NCBI RefSeq assembly: GCF_006345805.1
Contig: NC_043001.1
Coordinates: 133,238,001 to 133,302,000 of the forward strand
Source of the DNA: Octopus sinensis
Taxonomy: Eukaryota
DNA: 64,000 nucleotides
Direction: 5' to 3'
The translations under genes and the position numbers were made by a program. Under the pieces are notes generated by a model. That model saw only the letters and a list, made by a program, of their open reading frames with translations. It searched no databases and had not been told where the DNA came from. This document shows, piece by piece, positions 37,244 to 49,572 of this stretch. The number at the start of each line of letters is the position of its first letter. Position 1 is the first letter of the stretch.

Positions 37244-38161
37244 ATAGAGCAGATTAAAGTGCAGAATCAACAGCAACAGATGCTTATTTCTCAGAATCAA
37301 GATTCTTTAAGTCTGGATAAATCTGAAGAAATGGAACAAGCGTTAGACATCCTGAAACGTTCTAATCTCGAAGTGGAACTTTCTGCAAAAGAAAAAGAAA
37401 TCAGCCAGCTTGTTGATGATGTGCAACGCCTGCAGATGTCACAGACAAAACTACGCGAGTCAACAAGTGCTCGGATCAACCAGCTGGAAGAAGAACTCAA
37501 TCAGAAGAACACTGCATACCAAGAACTTGAAGAAAAATTGAAATTACAAGGAGATTATGAGGAGATCAGCCGAGAGTTAACTATTTTGAAATCCATTGAA
37601 TTCTGTAAATCTTCCGACGAAGTTTCTGTACCTCAGTCAAAGTCGCTGGAGCTTTTACTTCTGGAGAAAAATAAGAGTTTACAAGCTGAGACGACACAGC
37701 TGAAGATGGCCAATAGTGAGTTGAGCAAACAATATACAAAACTGCAGGACAGCTATAAAGAAGCTGCTTCTACTCTTACAGAACAAAAAACAATGATATC
37801 TCAACTTGAAGAAGATTTACGCAGTGTTAATGCATTATCTTCGATGTTTCGTGGTGCAGCTGAAGGTGTTGAAGCTAAACCTGTCACTCCTACCACCGAG
37901 GTTATGGCAGATTTTGTTAAAGAGATGACTCCTCCGGTGAATGGAGAGAGTGACAAGTCTTCTCTAACTGCCGCTTCCTCTCTTCTACCAATTGTTCAGA
38001 GTCAAAGAGAACGTTACCGTCTGCGAGCCCAGGACCTAGAAACACAGAATTTGGTTTTGAAACAACAAGTCACTTTGCTCCAGAATGAGACAGACAAACT
38101 CCGATCTGACAATGTCAAGCTGTATGAGAAAATACGATTCTTACAAAGTTATCCATCAAAA
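37244..38161 (+). CDS. CASP: Protein CASP exon 2
   Basis: Long polypyrimidine tract and tttacag acceptor. 918 nt, phase 0/0: IEQIKVQ...LEVELSAKEKEI...LLPIVQSQRERYR...LRSDNVKLYEKIRFLQSYPSK (CASP_C domain). Donor AAA|GTAAGT at 38162. Confidence 0.95.
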
Positions 38162-38184
38162 GTAAGTACTTTAATGTTTTGTAT

Positions 38185-38594
38185 TACTCTTTTACTCTTT
38201 TACTTGTTTCAGTCATTTGACTGCGGCCATGCTGGAGCACCGCCTTTAATCGAACAACTCGACCCCGGACTTATTCTTTTGTAAGCCCAGTACTTATTCT
38301 ATCGGTTTCTTTTGCCGAACTGCTAAGTAACGGGGACATAAACACACCAGCATCGGTTGTCAAGCAATGCTAGGGGGACAAACACAGACACACAAACACA
38401 CACACGCATATATATATATACACATATATACGACGGGCTTCTTTTCAGTTTCCGTCTACCAAATCCACTCACAAAGCATTGGTCGGCCCGGGGCTATAGT
38501 AGAAGACACTTGCCCAAGGTGCCACGCAGTGGGACTGAACCCGGAACCATGTGGTTGGTAAACAAGCTACTTACCAGACAGCCACTCCTGCGCC
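38185..38594 (-). mobile_element. SINE family B starting about 24 nt after the CASP exon 2 donor
   Basis: Full-length copy. Confidence 0.88.
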
Positions 38595-39185
38595 TTTTTT
38601 TTCTGTATCTTTTTTTTTTTTTTATTCTTTTTCTAACTGTCATATTTGCTGACATATCTGATGCCCTTTTATTTTTAAATGTATCAAAAATTTGCTTTAT
38701 GTCTTATTTAGCTGCAATGCGGATGGGTGACCAAGTGTTGTAAGTTAGGGAGTTGGATGGGCAGAAGTATGTGAGGCCAATAATTGTTACTAGTAGTAAA
38801 ATATTGAAAGCAAGCCAGAATATCTTCTAGCACAAGCTTATGAAAAATTGCTAGCAGAACATCAACAGTTATAAGGAGGGGTCATATTATCTCATTATAC
38901 CTCCTTCCCCAGCACACCTGATACATGACTTACATTATTTAGTGACCGTGTTACCATTAAGAAACATTTGTTTTAATTATCCAAGTGCAAATTCACCTAG
39001 AAAGATGAAAGGAATATTAAGTTTTCATCCATCTATCAAATATTTGCAGTGAGTCGATGACAAGAAAATCATAGTGGTAGCATACAACTTTGGTAGCTGA
39101 TTAAGGTAACACAAAATTTCAGAACCAAAAATATGAATTTTACATTCTGTGTCATAATTCTCTTGTCCAAAATATAAACAACTCA

Positions 39186-39566
39186 TGGAAGCACTCCGTC
39201 GGTTACGACGACGAGGGTTCCGGTTGATCCGATCAACGGAACAGCCTGCTTGTGAAATTAACGTGTAAGTGGCTGAGCACTCCACAGACACGTGTACCCT
39301 TAACGTAGTTCTCGGGGATATTCAGCGTGACACAGAGTGTGACAAGGCTGGCCCTTTGAAATACAGGTACAACAGAAACAGGAAGTAAGAGTGAGAGAAA
39401 GTTGTGGTGAAAGAGTACAGCAGGGATCACCACCATCCCCTGCCGGAGACTCGTGGAGCTTTAGGTGTTTGCGCTCAATAAACATAAACAACGCCCGGTC
39501 TGGGAATCGAAACTGCGATCCTACGACCACGAGTCCGCTGCCCTAACCACTGGGCCATTGCGCCTC
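39186..39566 (-). mobile_element. SINE family A
   Basis: Full-length copy in CASP intron 2. Confidence 0.88.
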
Positions 39567-40009
39567 CTAAACAACTTATACAGTTTATTTGGAAGAAGAT
39601 AAAGTATGGTACTTCAATAACATAATTTATTTATGATAAATTTATGGTTTCATACTTTATTCCAGTCTACTCTTCCCCTGGTGAAGAGGATTGGCCTGCA
39701 AGAGTCCTGTGCTGGTGCCAAAAATAAACTTGTACTGGTGACCTGTAAAGGTACTTGTGTTGTCCATGTTAAAATCATCCAGCACACACTGATAAAGTGG
39801 TTGGTGTTAGGAAGGGCATCCAACCATAGAAACCGTGCCAAGTTAGACCTGATGCAGCTTTCTGGCTTACCAGCCCTGGTCAGATTGTCCAACCGGTGCC
39901 AACATGGAAAGTGGATGTTAAATGATGATGCTATAGCATATTATTAACATGTACAGAATCATAAGTTTTTCCCCAGAAAACCACTTTAAAATATCTTTCA
40001 GTAAGTGCA

Positions 40010-41360
40010 TCATCATCTTCATCATCATCATCGTCCGTTCTCCATGCTAGCATGGGTTGGACGGTTTGACCGGGGATCTGGGAAGCCAGAAGGCTGCACC
40101 AGGCTCTGGTCTTATCTGGCAATGTTTCTACAGCTGGATGCCCTTCTTAATGCCAACCACTCCGTGAGTGTAGTGGGTGCTTTTTACGTGCCACCTGCAC
40201 TGGTCGGATTGGTGCATTTTACGTGCCACCTGCACCTGCATGGTGGAATATATTAAATTTGTTTTTTTCCATAAAATATACTAGTAAAATGGGGTTCATC
40301 TCATATGAGAATGTGTCTTATATGCCAGCAAACACAGTGTTTTTATTCAAATAATTTTTTAATGAACATTTTTCATTCATTTCAGTTATGATTTCATTAA
40401 AGTTGACATGATGTTAAATGAAACTTGTAGTCAGTGTAGTGTAACTAATCCAGTCAGAGGTTTTTATATCATTCCACTTTTAGTTAATTACTGATTATTA
40501 AGTAGCATTAAACCAAATATGAATATTCAAATTGGGGCAAGTGAAATCGGAATCAAAATTGAACCAATCCTATGACTGGCACCCGGCAGATGCCAGGACC
40601 CCTGGACTGGAGATACGTAAAAAGCACTATCCGAATCGTGGCCGATGCCAGCGCCGCCTCGACTGGCTACCGTGTCGGTGGCACGTAAAAAGCACCATCC
40701 GAATCGTGGCCGAAGCCAGTGCCGCCTCGACTGGCTTCCGTGCCGGTGGCACGTCAAATGCACCAATCCGACCGTGGCCGATGCCAGCCTCGCCTGGCAC
40801 CAGTGCAGGCGGCACGTAAAAAGCACCCACTACACTCACGGAGTGGTTGGCGTTAGAAAGGGCATCCAGCTGTAGAAACATTGCCAGATAAGACTGGAGC
40901 CTGGTGCAGCCTTCTGGCTTCCCAGATCCCTGGTCGAACTGTCCAACCCATGCTGGCATGGAGAACAGACGTTAAACGATGATGATGATGATTTTTGTAT
41001 TTCTGAGCCAAATGTTAAATTGAGGCTATTATTTTAAAGCTAGTTTAAAAATACCAACAGAACTGTTTGAAAGCCTGTCAATTCCTATTCTTGGATGGTA
41101 ACAGGTTGCCTGGTTTATTTCTCTCATCACTTTCTTGCAAGCATTCAAGCCAGTTTTCCAGTCTCAAAAACTCTTCTTCCCTTCCACCCACAAGTCATGT
41201 AAACTGTAACTCTTCCCTAATGAAGAGTGGTGGCTGTTTTAAATATGAGGGTTGTATTTGCTGAGGTTCATCATCATCATCATCATCATCGTTTAACATC
41301 CGTTCTCCATGCTAGCATGGGTTGGACGGTTCGACCGGGGATCTGGGAAGCCAGAAGGTT
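40010..41360. mobile_element. Cluster of RTE 3' UTR fragments in alternating orientation in CASP intron 2
   Basis: Copies at about 40010-40240 (-), 40560-40993 (+, with the tandem unit) and 41268-41360 (-). Confidence 0.75.
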
Positions 41361-41829
41361 AACATGTACAATGTTGTATGGTGGTAAGGTATTGAGAAAG
41401 GTGGCGAGCTGGCAGAAACGTTAGCACGCCGGGCGAAATGCTTAGCGGTATTTCGTCTGCGTTACGTTGTGAGTTCAAATTCCGCCAAGGTCAACTTTGC
41501 CTTTCATCCTTTTGGGGTCGATAAATTAAGTACCAGTTACGCACTGGGGTCGATGTAATCGACTTAATCCATTTGCTGTCCTTGTTTGTCCTCTCTGTGT
41601 TTAGCCCCTTGTGGGTAGTAAAGAAATAGGTAAGGTATCGAGAAAGAATGTAGAAGGTTTGTGGAGGTCAGACAGAAATGAGACAGCTAAGGCTTCGTGT
41701 ATGAATGAGAGCTGAGCTTTAAGGGCATCAACATTGGGTGTGCATTAGGGATCGAGACACATGATGATATGCCCTTATGAAGGGATAAGAATGTACACAA
41801 GCTAGTCTTGAAAGGTTTTTGTTCTTCTA

Positions 41830-42243
41830 TTACTCTTTTACTCTTTTACTTGTTTCAGTCATTTGACTGCGGCCATGCTGGAGCACCGCCTTTAGTCGAG
41901 CAAATCGACCCCGGGACTTATTCTTTGTAAGCCCAGTACTTATTCTATCGGTCTTTTTTGCCGAACCACTAAGTGACGGGGACGTAAACACACCAGCATC
42001 AGTTGTCAAGCAATGCTAGGGTGACAAACACAGACACACAAACACACACACACATACATATATATATACATATATATACGACAGGCTTCTTTCAGTTTCT
42101 GTCTACCAAATCCACTCACAAGGCATTGGTCGGCCCGGGGCTATAGCAGAAGACACTTGCCCAAGGTGCCACGCAGTGGGACTGAACCCGGAACCATATG
42201 GTTGGTTAGCAAGCTACTTACCACACAGCCACTCCTGCGCCTA
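41830..42243 (-). mobile_element. SINE family B ending about 110 nt before the CASP exon 3 acceptor
   Basis: Full-length copy. Confidence 0.88.
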
Positions 42244-42352
42244 TATTTTTTTTTTATATATATTTTTTCTTCTATTTAAAAAATTTTTTTTTTTTAATTA
42301 TTTTGTCGATTGTCCTTCACCAAATGTAAAGCTATTTCTCTGTATTTTTCAG

Positions 42353-42721
42353 TCTGAATCTCACATCAATGTCGACGAAACAGAAAGCCAGTACTCTTCT
42401 CAGTACGAGGAGAGACTTAACCCTTTCAACACATTCAACCGCAAGGAAAGAATGAAGCGTTACATGAACTTGAAACCCTACGACAAGATCACGCTAAGCA
42501 TGGGCCGTTTCATTATGGGCAACAAGGTCGCTCGTACTGTCACCTTCTTTTACACAATCTTCCTCCACTGCTTTGTGTTCTTGGTCCTTTATAAATTGGC
42601 GCACACCGAGTCCTGCAAGCGGGATATGGCTGCTGAATGCCAAGCTAACTTTGCCGAACACATGATGAAGTTTCATAAACACACCGATACAGAAGGGAAG
42701 GAGCAACACCTTTTTTCTTAA
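42353..42721 (+). CDS. CASP: Protein CASP exon 3 (terminal; C-terminal transmembrane anchor)
   Basis: Acceptor tgtatttttcag: SESH...YSSQYEERLNPF...ARTVTFFYTIFLHCFVFLVLYKLA...HLFS*. The TM segment has the conserved Tyr and His of the CASP/golgin-84 type. Spliced total is 688 aa. Confidence 0.95.
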   Translation, partial: SESHINVDETESQYSSQYEERLNPFNTFNRKERMKRYMNLKPYDKITLSMGRFIMGNKVARTVTFFYTIFLHCFVFLVLYKLAHTESCKRDMAAECQANFAEHMMKFHKHTDTEGKEQHLFS

Positions 42722-42869
42722 AGGGTCATCAATAGAACCAATACATGGGGGGGGGGCGTCGTTTTTAAAGTTCTTACTGTCCCTTTCTTCTCTCGTTTCA
42801 GTTGTAAACACATCAGCCGTATATATACTATATACACACTTGTGTGTATGTAATGTATCTATGTAAATG

Positions 42870-42880
42870 AGTACATACAA

Positions 42881-42935
<55 letters not shown>

Positions 42936-43014
42936 CATATACACACATACACACGTATTCATACATACAACAAATACATACACTCATATATGTATGAATA
43001 CGTGTGTATGTGTG

Positions 43015-43061
<47 letters not shown>

Positions 43062-43140
43062 TGTGTGTGTGTGTATGTTTGTATATGTATGAGTGTGTGT
43101 ATTTGTTGTATGTATGAATACGTGTGTATGTGTATATATG

Positions 43141-43179
<39 letters not shown>

Positions 43180-43262
43180 TTGTATATATCTATATGTATG
43201 TATATATACATATATATGTGTGTGTGTGTGTATGTAAGTATATCTCATCGTGCACACACACA
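42870..43262. repeat. Compound (CA)/(TA)/(TG) microsatellite with an internal inverted duplication
   Basis: 42943-42967 is the exact reverse complement of 42989-43013. Confidence 0.9.
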
Positions 43263-43946
43263 TTTAGAGGCGTGGGTGTACTAACTACTGAGTATGACTT
43301 GGTAACTTGTACTATTTTTTTACTAATTGTTTTTGGTGCCTCTGTAGTCATGGGCAGACGTAGACACCTTGGCCCTCCTATGCTTGATCCCGTGGAACAT
43401 CCTGGATTTGACTGCTAGAGGGAAAGATAGCTGCAGCAGTATCTGGCTGGTGCACTCTTGCAGCTGAGCGAACTGCAGCAGCATGTAAGATTTGCATTGC
43501 TTAAAGACACTGTGCATTGTCCGGTCCATGAAGCAAACCCATGACCTTATGCCTGTGCAGTCAACATATCCTACCTACTAGGGTACATGCGCTCACATGT
43601 GTGTGCATGATTAGTATGTAGTAAGCAAGAAGGATTTTAAATGCATATCTCGTGAGGAGATGAATCAAGCCAGCATCTTATTGACAGAAATGAAATCACT
43701 AATTTGTTTGATCACATCACTATGAGGCTGGCTGTAGATATGAGCTTCGCACACTTATACACACACACACATATATATATTACATTCTATACACTTCTAT
43801 ATACTTCTATACACTTCTGTCAAGTGTGTGTGATTAACGTTCTTTAATATTTTGTAATTTGTATGATGAAACATACATGTGGACCGGCGTACTGTGTGTG
43901 TATGGATGTGTGTGTGTGTGTGTGTGGTGTGTGCATAAGTGTGGAG

Positions 43947-44521
43947 GGCAAGACTTGCGCCCGTCCCCACAAGCCACCCTTTAAAAAAAAATTTTTTTTT
44001 TGCGACACAAACCCCACTTTTCAGCTACGGAGAATACGAATCTGCAAAAAAAAAAATTGGCAAAAATCGGCATTTTTAAATTAACCCCACCACCACACCC
44101 CTACCCCCATTTCCTTCATTTTTTTACTTTTTTCATAATCTTTTTTTTTTTTCAAAATATGCGTAAAAATACGGAGATTATGATTCTGAAAAAAATTTCC
44201 AAATATTTTTGTAAAATTTTTTTTAAAGAATTTTTCTTTTTTTCTAAATATGCGGAAACATATGGACATTATATAATTCAAACAAAAATTTCAAATCATT
44301 TCTGTAGTTACAGTTAGGGTCAGGGTTAGTGTTGGGGAAAGAAGTCAAAATTGAATAATTGGGGGGGATTGGAGGGGAGTAAAATTTAACAATGCCAATT
44401 TTTTGGCAATTTTCTGGAACCTCTGTATCTGAAAACGGAGGTTTTTGGCAAAAAAGTAAATAAATAAATAAAATAAACAAATTTGGGAGAAAAAGTGGTT
44501 GGGACGGGCGGAAGTCTTTCC
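43947..44521. mobile_element. Older GG-terminated TIR element
   Basis: GGCAAGACTTGCGCCCGTCCC / GGGACGGGCGGAAGTCTTTCC with further degenerate inverted similarity inside. Flanks gtgtggag and atatgaag differ only by G/A changes. Confidence 0.55.
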
Positions 44522-44618
44522 ATATGAAGTAAGCATCTTATTGACAGAAATGAAATCCCTAATTTGTTTGAACACATCACTCTGAGGCTGGCTGTAGATA
44601 TGAACTTTATGCACTTAT

Positions 44619-44660
<42 letters not shown>

Positions 44661-46631
44661 TACATTCTATACACTTCTGTCTGTTTTGTGTAATTAACAT
44701 TCTTTAATGTTTTGTATTTTGTATGATGAAACATACATTTGGCCCAGCATACTGTGTGTGTGTATATATATGGTTGTGTACGTCTGTGTGTTTGTGTGTG
44801 TGTGTGTGTGTGTTACTCAAGAACCAGTGAAATTCCAAAGAAACCTTCTTTGGACTGTTATGTTTTTTCCCCAGATCATTGTATTTTGTAACAAGTTCCA
44901 AAAAATTGTCAGTTCTTTTCCTTCAGCTGTAACATACATACCTATGCCAACTTTCTTACATACCCATATATACACATATATATTACATCAAACATATATA
45001 CCCACAACAAACTGTATTACATGTATTGTATACCCTGCAGTATTGATAATTTAGTCAATATGATAAACACATATCTTTCCATATTTGATATTCATTTTCT
45101 GTTTACTGTCACTTGTTAATTTCTTTAGCAGTTTTCATTTTAATTTTTCTCAAGATGAAACAAAGTGAATCTGTTATCTTTCCAGGGTTTATACATAACA
45201 TTCTCTGCTACATCACTGTTGTAAATCATGTATCAGCTTTTTATAAGGGATCAAAGCCTCAATTAGGAAGGGGCTATATGGGCTTAGCATTAACTTCCTC
45301 CTGTGGAGGGATCTAAATAGATTTTCATTATTGGTTTGTATTGGTCAATTTTTGTAAAACATAATGACTGAGATTAAGGTGTTTGACTATTGTGGGCATT
45401 GCCTTGAGTTCAATTTATACCAATTCAGCCAGATTGTGTTCTTTTGCTGAACAAGGTATATAATTGTGCTTGCTTTAGTCTGCTTTAGTGATTATATATT
45501 TCATTTTTCCTTTCCATTTGACTGAAACATTTAGCTGTAAAAGCAGTTAACTAGTTAATGGTAAGAGAGAGACATATAACTATAAAAATAGTTTACAAGT
45601 TAATGATAGGAGAGACATCCAACTGTTGAAACACTCAACTGGTTAATGATAGAAATGACACTGAGCTGTAAAAAAAATGAACTGGTTAATGGTAGCAAAG
45701 ATATATGGCTGTAAAAACAGTTAATCTGCTAGTATATACAAGTACAAATTTGTTAAAACCTTCCCAGCTAATGATTATACTTAAAATAGATAGCAAAGCT
45801 ATATCAAAGAAATAAGAAATTCTATATTGCAGAAGTTATTTTACAGTTTTTTTTCTCCCCTTTTTGTTTTTGTTTTTGTTTTTTCTTCTTATTCTAATGA
45901 TTGGGAAACTAGTTTTTATGAGTGTTGAGTTTTCATTAGCAGAATTTCTGAGGAAGTTCACATCTGTTGAAATATCAGCTGAAATCTGATGACAGAGTGC
46001 TCCTGGTAGAATATTTAGAATGCTTCTCACAGGATACTTACATTAGTTTATATTTAAGAAAAAGAAGCAAAAATCTAATTAGATAAGTGGCAAATTAGTA
46101 AAGTAATTTGAGCTTAGGACAAAATACCTTGTGTTTATTCTAACTCTTTACATATTGAGTGCAAGTCCTACCAAAGTCAACTTTACCTGTCATCCCTTCA
46201 AGATCAATAAAATAAAGTACCAGTCCAGAGCGGTGGGCAAATTGCCTTAGGGTATTTGTTCAAACCTTTTGTGTACTGTATTCTTGGGTGGTCAACTTAG
46301 CTTGGTGCCCAGTTCAACACCACCTAATCTTTAATTTTAGGAGCTTATTTTTTTTAGTTCTATTACCAAAGAGGGAATTTTGAAATCTAAATTGTCAAAC
46401 CTAATTATTATTAGGCATTATAAACTACGATATTTTCTGTGATTAACATGAAGATATTGGTTGGACGCTACTGTATATAAGTAAGTCATTGACTCTTGTG
46501 GAATCAATTTATATCACTTACTGTGTACCACATCCATGCATGTGCATATGTATGTGAGAGAGAAAGTCAATTTTTAATATTGGAACTAGTCATATACTGA
46601 CTAGAAAGAAAACTGTCTGAAGTGAAAATTG

Positions 46632-46744
46632 GGCACTGTCATGCTTTTAGCTGTCAGAAGTGAAAGTCGTCAACTTCATGTATTTACGTCAGGTTTATAC
46701 CTTCGTTAATTTATACACATGTATATATATATGTATACACATGT

Positions 46745-46776
<32 letters not shown>

Positions 46777-47369
46777 AGACACATCTTTGATTAAACTATT
46801 GACCGCCTTAAAACGGATTTCAACAGACAAATATTACTATAATGGATAATATAAGCATATAACTACTTATACACACATACAATAAATACAGACACACACA
46901 CATTAGTCAGACATATAGCCACATATACACACACTGCAAGAATATATTTATTTATAAAGTTTAACCCTTTAGTATTTAAACCGGCCATATCCGGCCAAAA
47001 TAGTTAATCTGTTTTATGTTCAAACTGACCAGATCCAGGCTCTCACACCTACCCTACAATGTTATTCTACATTAAGTAATTACACCATCAAGATCTTGAA
47101 GATATGAGATAATGCATGATTAATTCAAATCAATGGGAATCAATAAGCATTATGTTTGATAGAATAATCTGAACACTAAAGGGTTAAACAGAACATGGAA
47201 TGAAATGTATTTATTTATAAACTTTAAACTGAACTTCAATTGTTTTATAAACCTAACAGCGTGGTGGTACGTAAATAAACGGCGTAAATTAACGAAGGTA
47301 TAAACCTGACGACGTAAATACACGAAGTTGACTACTTTCACTTCTGACAGCTAAAAGCATGACAGTACC
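46632..47369. mobile_element. GG-terminated TIR element with 8-bp TSD (Merlin-like), with a nested piggyBac MITE
   Basis: About 85-bp TIRs GGCACTGTCATGCTTTTAGCTGTCAG / CTGACAGCTAAAAGCATGACAGTACC. Flanks GAAAATTG and GAAAACTG. Confidence 0.75.
46965..47183. mobile_element. piggyBac-type MITE
   Basis: TTAA|CCCTTTAG...CACTAAAGGG|TTAA. Confidence 0.85.
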
Positions 47370-48279
47370 GAAAACTGTACTGAAGTCATGAAATATCAGC
47401 AAGTAATACCTTCTTTTCTAAACTGCAGCCAGACAACCTCATCGAAACAATACACTCTGAGCTCAGCTTGTACAGGGAGCTGGTATTTTAGCATAAAAAC
47501 AGTTTTTTGGGGTCTTTATTTTTTTGATTTTTGTTTTCCTTATTCATTTCAGCTCTCTTATGTCTGTGAATTTTGATGAGGAAGACAGAGAAATAAGGTT
47601 TCCTTCCTCTTCTTGGCTGGATACTAAACATTGGTGCGCTATGGGTTTTGTGATATATATCATTTATGTTGAATATTTTATTTCTCAATTTGAAAGAATT
47701 CAATTGTTTACAAATTTTAATAAAGATTATTTTAAAGAGCTTCAGAACAAAGTGTTTGTTTCACTGCTTCCTATTAACTTCAAAGAAGATTAGCAGGAAA
47801 TCTCCAGGAGAAGAGATAAATGATAATAATAATGAAATTATTGTATATAGTGCTCAGGTGCACCACAACTTGTCAGAAAGTGCATATAAAGTACATGCAG
47901 TAATGTAAAAATGTCTGGAAAGCGAACAATGCATGAGTCAGATACATGCTTGTGTGTGTATGGAGGGGAGAAAATCAGGTGTAGTGTTGGCGAATCTCAG
48001 AAAGCATGGAAGTTTTGAAGGATGCAGTGCTCCGACAACTAACAACTGATGCCGGCAGTTTGTTCCATGCTTCAGCAACTCTTAGCGTGAAAAAATGTTT
48101 CCTGAAGTCCTGGGAGCTGTGCTGTTTTATCTTGTCTTTAGTGTACTCTGACTCCCAAATTTCTTTATAACTACCGCTTGCTAATAAAATTGAAGAGTTG
48201 GCTTTCACATATATTCTAACAGAACACAACTTATACTGAGTCTAACTACAAACTAACGGTTTTTAGAATATATTGCAGT

Positions 48280-49256
48280 GGCATGCCTCAAGGTTCAGTG
48301 CTTGGGCCCTTGTTGTTCTTAGTCTTCATAAATGACTTGCCCGACGACCTCACGCAACACACCCTTCTATTTGCCGACGATATCAAACGGGTCGCTCCTC
48401 GCGGTAATATAGAGGTTCTTCGTCGATGCCTCCACCAAATTTGGAAGTGGTCTAACAATTGGGACCTGTGTCTGAACGTGTCAAAGTGCTGTCATCTGCC
48501 TGTCGGCTCTACTCCTGCAACTCAACTTGATTTCGAGCCGGGTCATCTGCTGCTGGAGAGGACCGATCAGGTAAAGGACCTAGGTATCTTGGTGGATTCC
48601 TCCTTTTCGCCTTCGGCCCAGTGCGTCCATGCTGCCAACAAAGCATGCGGAATTCTGTTCTTGATTCAACGGTCATTCGGAATGCTCACAGCAGCCATAT
48701 TCCTACCACTCTATGTCATGCTGGTGAGACCCATATTGGAGTATGGGATTCAAGCCTCTTCTCCTTATCTCCTCAAAGACATACAGCATCTCGAAAGAGT
48801 CCAGAAGCTGGCTACCCGCATGGTTCATGGTCTCAAAAATTTGTCCTACGAAGAAAGGCTGAGGACGCTCGACCTTTATTCTCTTGAAAAACGCCGCCGC
48901 CGTGGTGATCTCATTCTCGCCCACAACATCATAAGCGGAAAGTGTAACCTCTTAAAGAGCTGTTCTTCACTCCTGCTCCAGAGCGTCGGCTGCGGGGTCA
49001 TTCCTAAAAGCTCTACCTGCGACGATTTCATCTCAATCAAAGAGAGGAGCTTTCTCCGTCCGGGTTGTGGATCCGTGGAACAAGCTGCCAGAGAGATGGT
49101 GAAGATGCCGACGACCGCTTTGTTCAAAGCCTCCCTTGACCTCAAGTGGCCTGAACTCTTTACATGAACACCACCTGTACTTAACTCCATGTCCCCCTAC
49201 ATGGCCTTGCTATTTGCTTTTGAGCCAAATTAACTAACTAACTAACTAACTAACAA
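48280..49256 (+). mobile_element. CR1-clade LINE, 5'-truncated (RT core to tail)
   Basis: PQGSVLGPLLFLVFINDL...LLFADDIK...VKDLGILVD...LERVQKLATRMV...LEKRRRRGDLI. One late frameshift; (TAAC)n tail. Confidence 0.92.
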
Positions 49257-49572
49257 TAACACAAGAATAGAGATCTTTTTAACACAAAACTATACAGTAT
49301 AAAATCACAGCATATCTCAGACAACCAATATAATATATGTTAATGCAATCATGGAAATTATAAGTGTCATGGCTTAAACTGTTTAATGGACGCACAACTA
49401 CAATACTTTCTTATTGATTGACTATGCATTTACAACAAGGAGTCATTGCATCTCATTATAATATAATATACAAAATAAAATTGATAGTAACATTTTGTAT
49501 AGAATTTTTTAAAAAATGGGAATACCTATGGATGCTTTGCTAATAGAAAAATACAAACCTAAATTAGACACA

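Noticed and set aside
45836-46030. Lys-rich ORF ending RRKNKNKNKKGRKKTVK
   Set aside because: The basic tail comes from a (TTTTTG)n tract, and the nearest donor-acceptor pair would imply a 39-nt intron.
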